In this document: positions 1-11,200 of the stretch, in pieces
Position numbering within the stretch: the stretch's first letter is position 1
Layout: each line of letters begins with the position of its first letter
NCBI GenBank assembly: GCA_977030845.1
Contig: OZ365118.1
Coordinates: forward strand, 15,314,001 to 15,378,000
Reading direction: 5' to 3'
Length of the DNA stretch: 64,000 nucleotides
Origin: Fimbriosthenelais zetlandica
Lineage: Eukaryota
Translations under genes and position numbers: made by a program
Notes under the pieces: model-generated
Seen by the model: only the letters and a program-made list of their open reading frames with translations
Database searches by the model: none
Told to the model about the DNA's origin: nothing

Positions 1-17
1 TTATGCTCCATGGTCTA

Positions 18-40
18 CTTAAAGCGGCTCTATCACCTAT
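18..40 (+). mobile_element. TTAA-flanked transposon-end-like sequence (Kolobok/piggyBac-type end)
   Basis: CTTAAAGCGGCTCTATCACCTAT is 22/23 identical to 36438-36460. The two copies diverge immediately after. Partner ends were not found. Confidence 0.35.
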
Positions 41-1676
41 CTCCTCAGTGCACAGATTTCGAAGGTCATGTCTTTTCCACTGGTCTTACCTTGTGAGTCC
101 TGCATTTTGAGTTACACTGGCTGAAGTTTTGGTGTCAGTTACAGCAGCATTTCTCGATCAGAATACCTCAGATTTTCTCAGCCAATGCCCAACCTTGAAA
201 CTGGGTCAAATAGCATGAATGTAGGTCACTGTGACATAATCTTGAAATTTAAATGCTCCTCCCTGATCAGTGATACTGTGCCACAGTAATTGTACCTTGT
301 TCCCTGTGGAATTCTTACTGAAAATTGACTCCCAACCATGTCCATAGAAACGGCTACAATACCTCTTGAACCATAACACTTCATTGCAGTTGCATAACGC
401 ACAGCTGCTAATCTCAAATTCATAACCGGTGGTTAATATTGTATAACGGTATCCATGGAAACCACTGATATTCCCAAATCATAACCAATAATTAAAATTG
501 CCTAACTTTAGCCAGAGAAAGGGCGGTGCATTCAGAATCGGAATCCATGATTGACATGCTAATAATTCCAAGTGAAATGGACTATTAAAGAAATATATAG
601 CCCAATTCATAATCATAAATCGAACAATAACAAATTTGGCTCAGTGTGTCCTGGCCAGTCTCCTTTATATTATCATCCTTGTTTTTAGATTCCCTGAAAT
701 GAGCATTCCCAAACCATTCCCTTTATGAATAGCTCCAATCCCTCCAGTTAATTCCTGAGGTCAAAACCAGTATTTGCGTTTAACATGTGGGGTATGAATT
801 ACATACGAAGCATAAAGAAGCGACTATTACATTTCTCGTTTGAAGAAACAAGATCTGAGTAGAAGAATGGGGAGCTATCGGCGAAAGGCTGGATGAAAAG
901 CATTCCATTCATCAACAAACAGTCCTCCATCGGCCTGGCCTAGTCACCCACATATCTATTCCCATCCAGAGAAAGAAAAAGCGTAAAACAAATAGACTAT
1001 AAGTCCAACTTTGACTTCTCCTTCCCATTGAAAAAGTCTTTAAACTAACACATCAAATGCACCTTCAGTTAATGCACAAAAGATCAGTAAAGACTGCCTT
1101 GCATGTGCAGTGCTGCTGTAGATGAATTTCGCAATAGTACATCTGTCTCTTTTTCCCAGACACGTGTATGGTGGGAAAGCATACACCTATGACAAAAAAA
1201 TCCAAAGCACAGACGCCGCCTAAAATAGTAGAAGAAAGCTCCTTGGAACAAAAGGAATGGTATTTTTGAGTGGATCTCCAAACTGTGAAGTCGTTTTCAA
1301 GCGGAGGGCATGACACTCGTTTCCCTCTTTTCACAAGCTTCTTAATCTCATTTCACCGCCGTTATCGGCTTGTGAGACTGCATCTTGAAAACTACACCTG
1401 CTTTTACTGCCTTCTTCAAAGCCTCCAAATCAGAGAATGACATTTGAATTGTTTTATTTCAAGGCTTTCTAATTACGCTTAATCAGAAAACCAACCACCA
1501 TCAGATGTGATGGTGAGTTGAGTGGGCAAAGGAGACTTTTGCTGGATTGACTAAAACTTATAATATTTCCATCTCATCATCCTTCCATTATTCCCCCACC
1601 CCATTCCTTTGTTATATTCCACTGATCCATGGTAAAGTAATCCCATGCAGTTAATGCATTTGACAATTTTTGGAGT

Positions 1677-1706
1677 CTTGGCTTGCCTTGGCTCGCCTTG
1701 GCTTGC
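1677..1706. repeat. 10-bp tandem repeat x3 (CTTGGCTYGC)
   Basis: cttggcttgc cttggctcgc cttggcttgc. Confidence 0.85.
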
Positions 1707-2159
1707 AGACACTTGCTCGGATGGTGAATCATTTTGTTTACCGGGGCTGGGATAATAGAACTCCACCCCATCCCTATTGATTCCTCTTATTCTCACCACA
1801 CAACAGGTAGAATCCCTCCTCTGATTTCCCTCCCCGAGGGACAAATGTATGCTTTGCATGACAAACAATAAAATTGGGCGCTATAACTGAGATATTCCAG
1901 CCTATAATGTCTCTCTTCTATGAGCCAGGGAAAGATATTGAAATTTCACTTTCATAATGACTCTGATCCTCTGCGTGGATCAGGTGCTTCCCAGCTGGAA
2001 TTACAGTTGGATGGGCCGTGGGTGGAATATTATTACAGACCAGCATCTGTGGCATGGTGATATAGTTATAGGGGGTGATTTATATAAACCTAAGCTGCTT
2101 TGTTGATGAAAGAAACGGGATCAACACCTTGTCGTGCGATGTTATGAATGTTTGACAGC

Positions 2160-2355
2160 CTCCCCCTCCCTCTGGTCCTACCTCTATTCTCTCTCTCTCT
2201 TACTTTCGCTCACCCTCACTCTCTCTTGCTCACTCTCGCTCTCTTTTGCTCCATCGAGCTCTCTCCATCTCTCTCTCAGCTCCCTCTCTATCTCTCACTC
2301 TCGCTCTCTGTTGCTCGCTCTCTCTCTGCCCCCTCCCCGACTCTCCCCTCCTATA
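2160..2355. repeat. Degenerate (CT)n polypyrimidine tract
   Basis: About 200 bp of nearly pure C/T on the plus strand. Confidence 0.9.
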
Positions 2356-3076
2356 TATACCAAACTCCAGCACTATTTCCTCTTGGTTTGTCTTCATTTA
2401 ACCCCAGTCGCACTCCCTCGTGCTACATTTATTATGAAAGAATTTGTTCATACGGGTTTGTGATCCCGGAGAAATGCGACAAGGGACTTGAAGGAAATGA
2501 GATTCTTCTGCCTTGCCAGCTTCGATTCCAACAGCCACAGAGGTGGTGGTGGGCTGTGGGGGGATGGGTGTGGGGGTAGGGACAGGGGGATAGGGAGAGG
2601 AAAGTATAACAGGATGGAATGATGAACGAGTGAATGATGTGCAGACCAGGTGAACAATAAAAGGTGCACTATCACGACCAAAGCCGGCCCCCCGTGCATC
2701 GCTTGCAAATTACATTTATGTAGATTAACACCTATTTCATGTCGAGCATGCCAAGCCTGTTGACCTTGGAGGCTCGGTGGTTGGGGCATTCATGACCAAG
2801 TTACCGCCTGTGGACGGACACCGGCCGATTGTGCAAACCTCGGCAATATTTCCCCCACTCCGACTAACGCCAAGGACATCACAGCAGGCGTGACAATCGC
2901 GTTTTTTTATATCCCGCCTGGAAAGCTGGACTTGTGCATGGATATTTTAGACCTTGCAGACCATCAGGCTGTCCAGTGCTTGTCCAAACCTTCCCAATCA
3001 ACCTTTCGGGTCTTTTTCCAACCGCCCCCCCCCATCCCCATCCACCACAAATGGCCATTAATAGGGGGTAGCTCCT

Positions 3077-3325
3077 CTGGGGTTCTTTTGCCTTAATTGC
3101 GAGTGTTGCGATTTTGTTGTGGCAAGCCCTATATGGCTGACTTTTCTATGGCCTCAATTGCCATTCTCAAATAGCAAAATATAGACACCACTGGGCACCA
3201 ATAGCAAAGTTGACATTTTCATGGCTGCAACTGCCTTATCTGCCACACCACCCATTGCAAATCGTAAGCCCCTGCTGGTGCAGTTACAGTTGCGGCAGAT
3301 GAAGCAGAACATCCAGTGGAGGTAC
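3077..3325 (+). repeat. Dispersed repeat, copy 1 (unclassified)
   Basis: Collinear blocks shared with 20366-20571: CTGGGG(T/A)TCTTTTGCCTT, AGTGTTGC, ACTTTTCTATG, GCCTCAA(T/C)TGCCA, CCCTGCT(G/A)GTGC, ATCCAGTGGAG(G/C)TAC. Roughly 70-80% identity by eye, with indels. Confidence 0.7.
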
Positions 3326-4350
3326 CACATTACCATCGGTACTATCTCCACCCATGGAATGTCCTTTTATACCATGGCCGCTGTGAATTCATCACCGAGG
3401 TTGGGCGGGAGATTGATGAGGGAATGATGACCCACAATAAAGTGGCGTGGAGACAATGGAGGATCCGGAGAGACAGGATGGCGAGCCCGCCACATTCACA
3501 CCTGATGGCTCTTCCTCCTTCTACAATGGTCCACATTCAAGCTTGGACACAGTCCACCCCGCAATGGCTTAAGTGCACCGCCTCAAGGCTCCTTGGTCAC
3601 ACTCGAAACCTGTGTTTGCTTCGCCCTTTTTATCTTCCGTTTTCTTAGCTTGCCTTGCCTCCTTGCCCTCGGACTCACCTTTCGTTAATTTGGTATGCTT
3701 AATTCCCCTCCGCCGCCACCCCCTCAGGCTTGCTACTTGATGTTTATAGTCAGCTTGAGCTTCTATCAACACGGCTTTTCCTCCCGTTTCTCTCTAATTG
3801 ATTTTCCTTCCTTATACTTATCTTCTATTGCTTTCTGCACTTTGTATACTGTATTTGTGCTTGTAAGATCTTTTCTTTTCTTCCTTACAATTTCTATTCA
3901 CTCGATAAATCTGTCCTCTTTCTCTCTCTTGCTTTATCCCTCCAATAGCATGCATCTCTTTTCTCATTTCTTAGTCTCTTTATCCATTGGAATTTTACTC
4001 TAAAACGTTCATAAATTGTTTCGTATCTGTAACTTCTCTCCATGCATATATATTATGCCCTTTGTATATTAGGCCCTTCTCTTAGGTCACTCATACCCAA
4101 TCCCTTGTTTTTAACCCTCGTTTCTCTTTCAAACCAATCTCCCATACAAATGTCCCCTGCCGGCCCTTATTCCATTTCCTGCCGTTCCTTTCTTCTCCCC
4201 CGCCCCCGGTCTGTGTCTTACCCCAATCTTCCCTTTTACCCATGTACCCTCCTCACATTTATCATGTATAATCCCACCCACCCTGTATTTCATCACTCAA
4301 ACCTTCTCTCCCTTTACCCCTCACTCCCTCAATCTCCCCTCTCCGACTCA

Positions 4351-4559
4351 AGACTGGAACACACTAATCCGATTCTATACTAGGATCCATCCGATCTATC
4401 CGAAATTATATTTCTATTCACAATAAATGCTTGTAATTTGAACATACCTTTATACCTAGGTAAGGCTAACCACTGAAAAAATTCCAATCATTGGATGCCA
4501 TTAGAAATGGGGGTTCTGAAGGCGACGGATTGGAGAATCGGATTAGTGTATTCCAGGCT
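4351..4559. mobile_element. MITE, PIF/Harbinger (Tourist)-like
   Basis: Terminal inverted repeats AGACTGGAACACACTAATCCGATTCT and the reverse complement AGCCTGGAATACACTAATCCGATTCT (24/26). TCA on both sides (4348-4350 and 4560-4562) gives a 3-bp target-site duplication. No ORF. Confidence 0.75.
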
Positions 4560-5706
4560 TCAGAGTGGCTTCCCCATCCACTCTGTCACTCACTCTCCTT
4601 CCCATATTCTCCCTCTGCTCTCCACTCTCTCTCTCTCGGCTAGTGATCAGTCTTGCCTATCAACGACGTCTGCCCCGGCCTGCTCAAGGCTGAGTCATGT
4701 CGCTTTCATTAGAGTTAAATGCTTTTATGGTGAGGTAAACAGGGGCTGGGGCGTCTCAGGGTCACTTGTAGCATGTCCAGATGGCCATGTACTTAGTACC
4801 TCTCAGATGTCAGCAGCCCGCTACCAGGCCAGTGGCTTCTAATGGGGCATTGTCTACTAATCTCCTCACATGCTTCCCCTGTGGCCTGCTCAACCAATCC
4901 CCAACCCCCACCCCTACCCCTATACACGCTCAAACCCTACCCCCAAGGCCCCAACGCCGCTCCGGGGAAGAACAGTATAAGGGGAAGAAATAAGCAAAAG
5001 GTCAACTGTGTAGTTCCATTTACAGGCCCTGGCCTTATTGCCAGTTCATCACGCCCATCAAACTGACTCTAGTTGAGACCATCTTCTCTCCCCTGTTTCG
5101 CTCCTGTCAGTGTATAGCAGGCTTGTACTTCAAAACTGGAGCCGCGCCCCGTGCCCAGCCCATGAGAACCGTGACATTTAGAAAAGCCATCCCAGCGGCT
5201 AGGAGCACGTTCCAGCTTGTTATGATCATGACCATGGCCATTGATCTCTCCTCGCTCCTGACCTTTCCTCCTGCGTCCCATTGTTGCCCATATAGTTGCT
5301 GCTCCTCCTGTCCTCCCTTCCTCCTCCTCCATGGTGGGATCTGCAGCTCCTCCTCATCACCACCATCATCATCCAGGAGGCAGGTAAAAATCTAATCAGG
5401 CTAAAAACGCCTCTAGCTGCTTCAATTGCCTTCATCTGGCAAACCAACCAGCTGGCTGGATGACCAGCCTACCATTGCGGCCCCCTCTCCCTCCATCCTC
5501 CTTCTCCCCTTCCTCCAGGGACGAGACACTATGGGGGATAATCCTTGCGGGACTGACAAGTGTCACGCTGCTTTGCATCGCGTAAACATTAAGATTGATC
5601 CAAATCCCATTTGATTGTTGACGCGCTGCAGGTAATGCCCATGCTGGAGGATTCAGGTGAGGGGGGTGGGGTGGGGGGAGGAGCAATCTGATCCCAACAC
5701 ACCAGC

Positions 5707-5709
<3 letters not shown>

Positions 5710-5746
<37 letters not shown>
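5710..5746. repeat. Perfect (CT)18 microsatellite
   Basis: Direct reading. Confidence 0.95.
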
Positions 5747-5748
<2 letters not shown>

Positions 5749-8127
5749 CGAACCCCATGCAGCAAGGCTCAACTCTCAGTGCATAAAAAAACCTTCTTCC
5801 AGATGCCTACAAAAACCCTCTCATCTACATGGTATGAAAGGGGCACCGAGCGCTGGACATCCCACTTGACATGTCCCTTCTATCGACGCCTGTAATTTGC
5901 ACGCCTGTCTCCCATTGATTGCCAGCCTCAAGAAAATATCTGAAGCCTTAACGAAGGCAGGACCAGAGACAATCTCTACTTCGCAGGCAGATTACCATTT
6001 CATCCCACCATCCTCGTTATTCCATTCTCCACCTCCTTCACCGGCTCAGAGCCGTGGAAAATAAGTAGAGCCCTGACAACGTTCATTTCAACAGCAGACA
6101 TCATTTAAAGTTCCCATTCAAAGCCCAAATTACACCTAATGACATTCTGTGTTGGGACCTCGAGGAAAACAGCTTACATGATGATAGAAAATGAATGTTA
6201 AGTCGTTGGTACCTTTGATATCTTATAACCATGGATGATATATATCATTTCATGATGTCTGTCCATTCCCTCGGTTATATCTCACGGAAACCCAATCCCT
6301 TTTCCAAGCTTGCCCGGAACCCGATGGCTTTAGGGTGGCAACAAATGCAGTTATTTCTCTCTTGGACACAGAGAGGAGCCGCGAAGGGCAGTAATTGGAA
6401 GTGAAAGGCCTGGTTTTGTATTACCCCTGCCCACACGCTACACTCATAGGCACAATATGAACCTAATGGAACAGGACAAAATTATGATTTGCTGCCGCGC
6501 CTTCCTGATGGCTGTGCCAGTTCTTGTACAATAAAGTGTTGTAGGCAATTGCCACTGCTTTCTCCTTCCCACTCTAAGACTTGTGTCAGCCTTAAAATAT
6601 CCACTGTGACACCCTTTATACGCAGCTACAAACATTGCTCCCAGAAGCTTGCGGCCATCAATTCATCGCGTGATTAGAGGCATTTAATGTAGGGGTAGTT
6701 GGGATATCGTTTTACCAAAATAAATGCATTCTTTCACTGGGTTATTTTATGAAGAATGAGCGTGCGATTTTCCCATAGATGTACCATTGCCTTATGGTGC
6801 GTGTCAAATACAATCTAGATTCCATTATTACCATTAAGCTATTAAGCTATATGGAAGGTGTCAGATTTTCATGGATGTAATAATATACCATCGAATAATG
6901 TCATAAATTCACATTCGAATCATGGAACACTTTTTAATTTTGCTCGTTCCGTAGTGAATTTGACTTTGCTGAACATCTGAAGAATTTCAATCATAAAGTT
7001 TATGAGAATTCTGCTGTATAAAGTTATATGTGGCATCAGAAGGTTCTGTGAAAGTTTTGAAAGCCTTTCCTCTTCCTGTCGGAGGAATAGACAGGAGTAG
7101 CGTGTACAGTCCTTGGACAGTTTTGATGTTGACAAGTCAGAGGGCCTCACCCACTTCAAATCGCTCGTTATGTTTTCAGTTTGGACAAGACAAAACGACA
7201 GCGTCCTTTGTCTCTTGAGGAGGCACATCTCCGTCTAAACGCGGTGGCTCGGGCCGGGGCTTGTCATGCGAAGACTAAAAAAGCGGGCAAAGACATGAAG
7301 AGTTAGGTAGTATGGTCGGTCCATGCAAATGTCAAACGGAAGACATTCTCCAAGTAATTCCTTTCCGTTTGCTTTCTTTCCGCGGGTTTCTGGTTTCAGG
7401 GAGTATGACAAGTTAGTGTTATGGGTGAGTGGCAGTGTTTAGTGGGAGCATCTTACCGTGGATTGGCCATGTGATGCCCCATCATTGACTGTAACAAACA
7501 GGTGTATGCAGGTAAATGATGGCAGGCCATCGTAATAGCTCCCCACTCAAGTTACCTCTTCTTCATCTCCCTTTGCTTCTTCCTCAGTACTCGTTTGCAA
7601 AACAATCTTGCCCGGATTGGTTGTCATTTGGAGAGCAACTTGTGTTTCTTCCGCTCCCCGTTCACCTGTCAGATTAGAAGAATTCAATTTTCCCGATATT
7701 TGAAGCTCTTTCATCCGATGCCAGAGAAGCCCATGCATGCATTTTTCCTGCATCTTCCCAACATTCAAGGATGATAATTATCCACAATGTGTAAATGTGG
7801 GACTTCCTCGCTTGGCACTCAACAACAAGAGGACAGTACTAGGACTGGTCAACCCGGTGTCAGTACAATATGACTTGATGAGGTATCATGTCATGTGCCT
7901 GCGACATGTTTCCTCGGTGAGGCAGCACTATAATAGAGAATTGGGCTCACTGTCACAAGTCGGCACCGTCCTAATATAACTGATAAATTGTTGAAATGTG
8001 ACGTTAAACAACCATACAATACAATGTGTAAAAGACATCATTGTCAAAAATCCACATTGTCGGGTTGTGAATTGATTGAAGGACAGCCCTGCAAATGGTC
8101 AAGACAGGGAGGGCACATGTTGGACGT

Positions 8128-8280
8128 ATTGGTTTCTTTATGATTCAGGAGATTGGAGGTTGTCATGGTAACGGGAGATGCCTCCTGATCCCTGACACCA
8201 GGAGGAGCTGCCTCTGACGCTGGATCATGTTCCCTTTTAACTATAAACCACCTGTGCCCAAGCTTCTCCCCTTCTTTCTC
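8128..8280 (+). promoter_or_regulatory. Candidate plus-strand core promoter (2x reverse CCAAT, RFX X-box-like, TATA, TCT-like initiator)
   Basis: ATTGG at 8128 and 8152, GTTGTCATGGTAAC at 8159-8172, TATAAA at 8242-8247, TTCTTTCT at 8272-8279 with its C 32 nt from the TATA start. Confidence 0.3.
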
Positions 8281-11200
8281 TCCTTAGTGCTCTCTCTCAC
8301 CTCGGCACGCCCGCAGCCTCCAACCTCCCGGACACCCGGCCTTGACCCGGGGACTGGCGGGGAGTTAATCCCTTCGTGATCAGTATATATAACAGTAGAA
8401 ATCGCCTGGTTATCACCCTCTCAGTAGGATGGCCAGATTTGGCTGCAGCTCGCCATCGCATGAAAAGAGTGGGGGACGTACACAATGCTATAAAGCGTGT
8501 TTTATGGACGGCTTTCCTGCCCGCCTTTGATCATGAAGGCCCTGGTGGTTGGTGAGATCATTGCTGAAGACGCAAGACAGTGCTAACGAAAAGGCTGGAG
8601 GAGTGTGGATGTATAGAGACAATGACAATGATTCCTGTATAGATTAGCCCCAGCTGTTCTAGTCAGTCTAGTTAGAGCAGGCAAGAGCAGGGTCAATATC
8701 AGTGGCATTTGCTTAATAATGAATTTACATAGCACTTATCAAATCTCATATTAGAGATCATGTCACTTAGTCAGTTGCATAGCGTCCGGTCAGATATTTT
8801 TCAGCAATTTTGGAACAATTTTTCCCCTAACTGAACAACTACACATGTTGGTAGATGAAAATGTTAACTTTGGAGAATGCTTCGGTAATATTAACCTCAG
8901 ATCCTTAAAGTTATCAAACCAGCAGTATAGTAGCAAAAGAAAATGCCTTAGTATCATTTATGTTCCTTCAGTCTTGAGGCTCAATTGAATTCAGTCAACT
9001 CTTAACAATGCCATTGGGCATTCACCATAAAAAAACAACCAGCATGCCAACGTTTAATCAAATCTGATGTTTGAAACAAAGCTTTTAGAAGATGAGTGAT
9101 AGCATGTTGCCACCTGTGGGGATGATCATCAAATTGCCACCTGTGTGCTCCATCATGCCATGCTTGACAAAAAAAACCGGGACAAACCTGGGAAGCCACT
9201 GTAGAAGACGAACGACCCAGACTGGTTAATAGCTGCAAACCACGACAGCTTTGAAACCCATGTATTATCAACGCATTGAGTCCAACCCGTAAAAGATCCC
9301 ATCCAAGCATTGAGGATGGTCATACATAAAGCTTTTACCCAGGATTAGCTTCATTTTGGGTAGTCTCACTCACTCTACTTTAAGTTGTTATATTCCTGGG
9401 ACCCACTAGGCGAAATTTCAATGGCGACTGAATATATATTAAGGTTTTTAATATCGCTTATGGAACTGATCGGCAAACAATCTGGTTAACCTTAAGTAAT
9501 ACCATTGCTAAGATGATAAGTGATGATCGATAATCATCGTTTAAGATTTCGGCATAGTGGAGCTCCCACATAAGGGGAGGCTGGGGGAGGGGCCAATAAT
9601 ACAGGTCACCACCTTGTATAAGGAATTCAATCTCAATCCCCCACTAATGGACCTCACCCATGAACGTAAAGAGAACATTATTTGCGTCTGGGAGGCAAAT
9701 CTTGCCGAAACAATCATCTACCCTCTCCGGATATTAGCCCCCCGTGTTGGAGGTTAACTATAGGCCGATGACCCAGTTTTTACCAGCAAATCGAGGTGGG
9801 TGATTAATTATGGTAATGTGGGCCCGTCTCGTCGATCGGCCGTGTTCATTAGGAAGGACAGCTCCTGTGACTGGAATGGCTAAACCCAGGAGGGCCGGCC
9901 GTCTGAAAGGTGTGATCCAAGCCCGTCAACTCCGGGTGAGGCCAGGCTAACTTGAGGCTTGTTGGCCCGGTTAGCTTTCAACCAGAAGATCCCAGGGAAC
10001 CCATTGAAAGGCTCTCTTCCCACTCACAAACCCCTTGAGGTGGGTTGACAAGGCCAACCTGGAGGGGACTCCATGACACATGTGTTGCAGGCCTGAAGCC
10101 ATGTTGGAAGCCACTGGTGCTCCCCACTCACACAATCCATCTTCAAGAGGTTAAGCAGGGAAAATAACGTCCACAGATTACCTCCAATAGACATATGCTA
10201 CAGAAGTTTCCTCTCAAAGTATGCCCCTTCATACTAACATACTTTCACATTATTTAGATGGTAAATCAGACATTTCCTTAATAAGAAATTTGTGCTTTAT
10301 ATATTTCCCTCTTTCTCTTGCGCACAGCTTTGATATTTGAAGCTCTCTGTGTTCACACTTAGCTGTTCTTGTCTGGAAGCTTGGGACATACTTCACTTGC
10401 TGATTGGCAACTCTATAATTATCTCCGTGACAATATGCCTTCCATGTGATCCGGCAGCCGTGATGTGGCAGGGTAATAATAGGCCATGTTATGAAATAAG
10501 ATGGTACATTCAGACTGCTTCCCCCAGTACTGCAGGATGGCTTATTGAACATTAGCTACTTCTCCTCTACACTCTAAGAAATGACCTGTAAATTTACCAC
10601 GAGAAGAGTAAATTTACTAAGAATTGAATTGGATGATCCATTGTGTAACAGTGATAGAAAGGTTGATGGTTCAATTCCCTCAGCTGTTCAGTGAATTCTC
10701 ACCCCTCCCTCCTCAAAGATTGAATGCTAACTGCATGGATATTTACTCAATTAGGGATTTTTGCCTTGCAAACTTTTCCCATTTTCCCCATTTACAATGG
10801 GCGTATATACTGCCAGTATCCCATCGTTTTTTACAGTGGAAACCCCACGAGTCTTTCCTAACAGTGTACTCCAGCAAACAGTGACCTTTACAGTAGCCTG
10901 ATATGTGGCACGGAGGACGCGGCTCTGTGTCATATCCGTTATCTGTCACCATCCTTGTTTTCCCTTTCCTTCAAAGTCATACATTCTACCTTCTGTCAGA
11001 GCGTTCCTCACTTCCTTCTTCGTGCTCTCTTTATTAGGGATCGGCATTTCAGACCTCGTGCATGCACCGATTGTGGTGGCACTAAAGAGTTAACAACACG
11101 TCCCTGCCGCAACTGTTAACTGCCTCCTTTGTGAAAAATGTGCCAAAGCGGTGTTTATGACCAGTCTGAAACCAGTCTGAAATGAGTCAATATTGTCCCG

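Noticed and set aside
2134-2579. Ser/Leu/Pro-rich ORFs (also 3695..4383 and 40033..40458)
   Set aside because: Artefacts of CT-rich low-complexity DNA that lacks stop codons.
7243-7258. GGTGGCTCGG(G)CCGGG shared with 45250-45264, vaguely tRNA/SINE-like
   Set aside because: Only about 15 bp, with no A/B-box pair or cloverleaf.
9107-9145. Duplicated TTGCCACCTGTG and other CTCF-like strings (about 28170, 32690, 42558), attractive because vertebrate Pcdh clusters use CTCF
   Set aside because: The best matches are only 10-12/14 to CCASYAGRKGGCRS and lack key positions, as expected by chance in 64 kb. A PWM scan or ChIP is needed.
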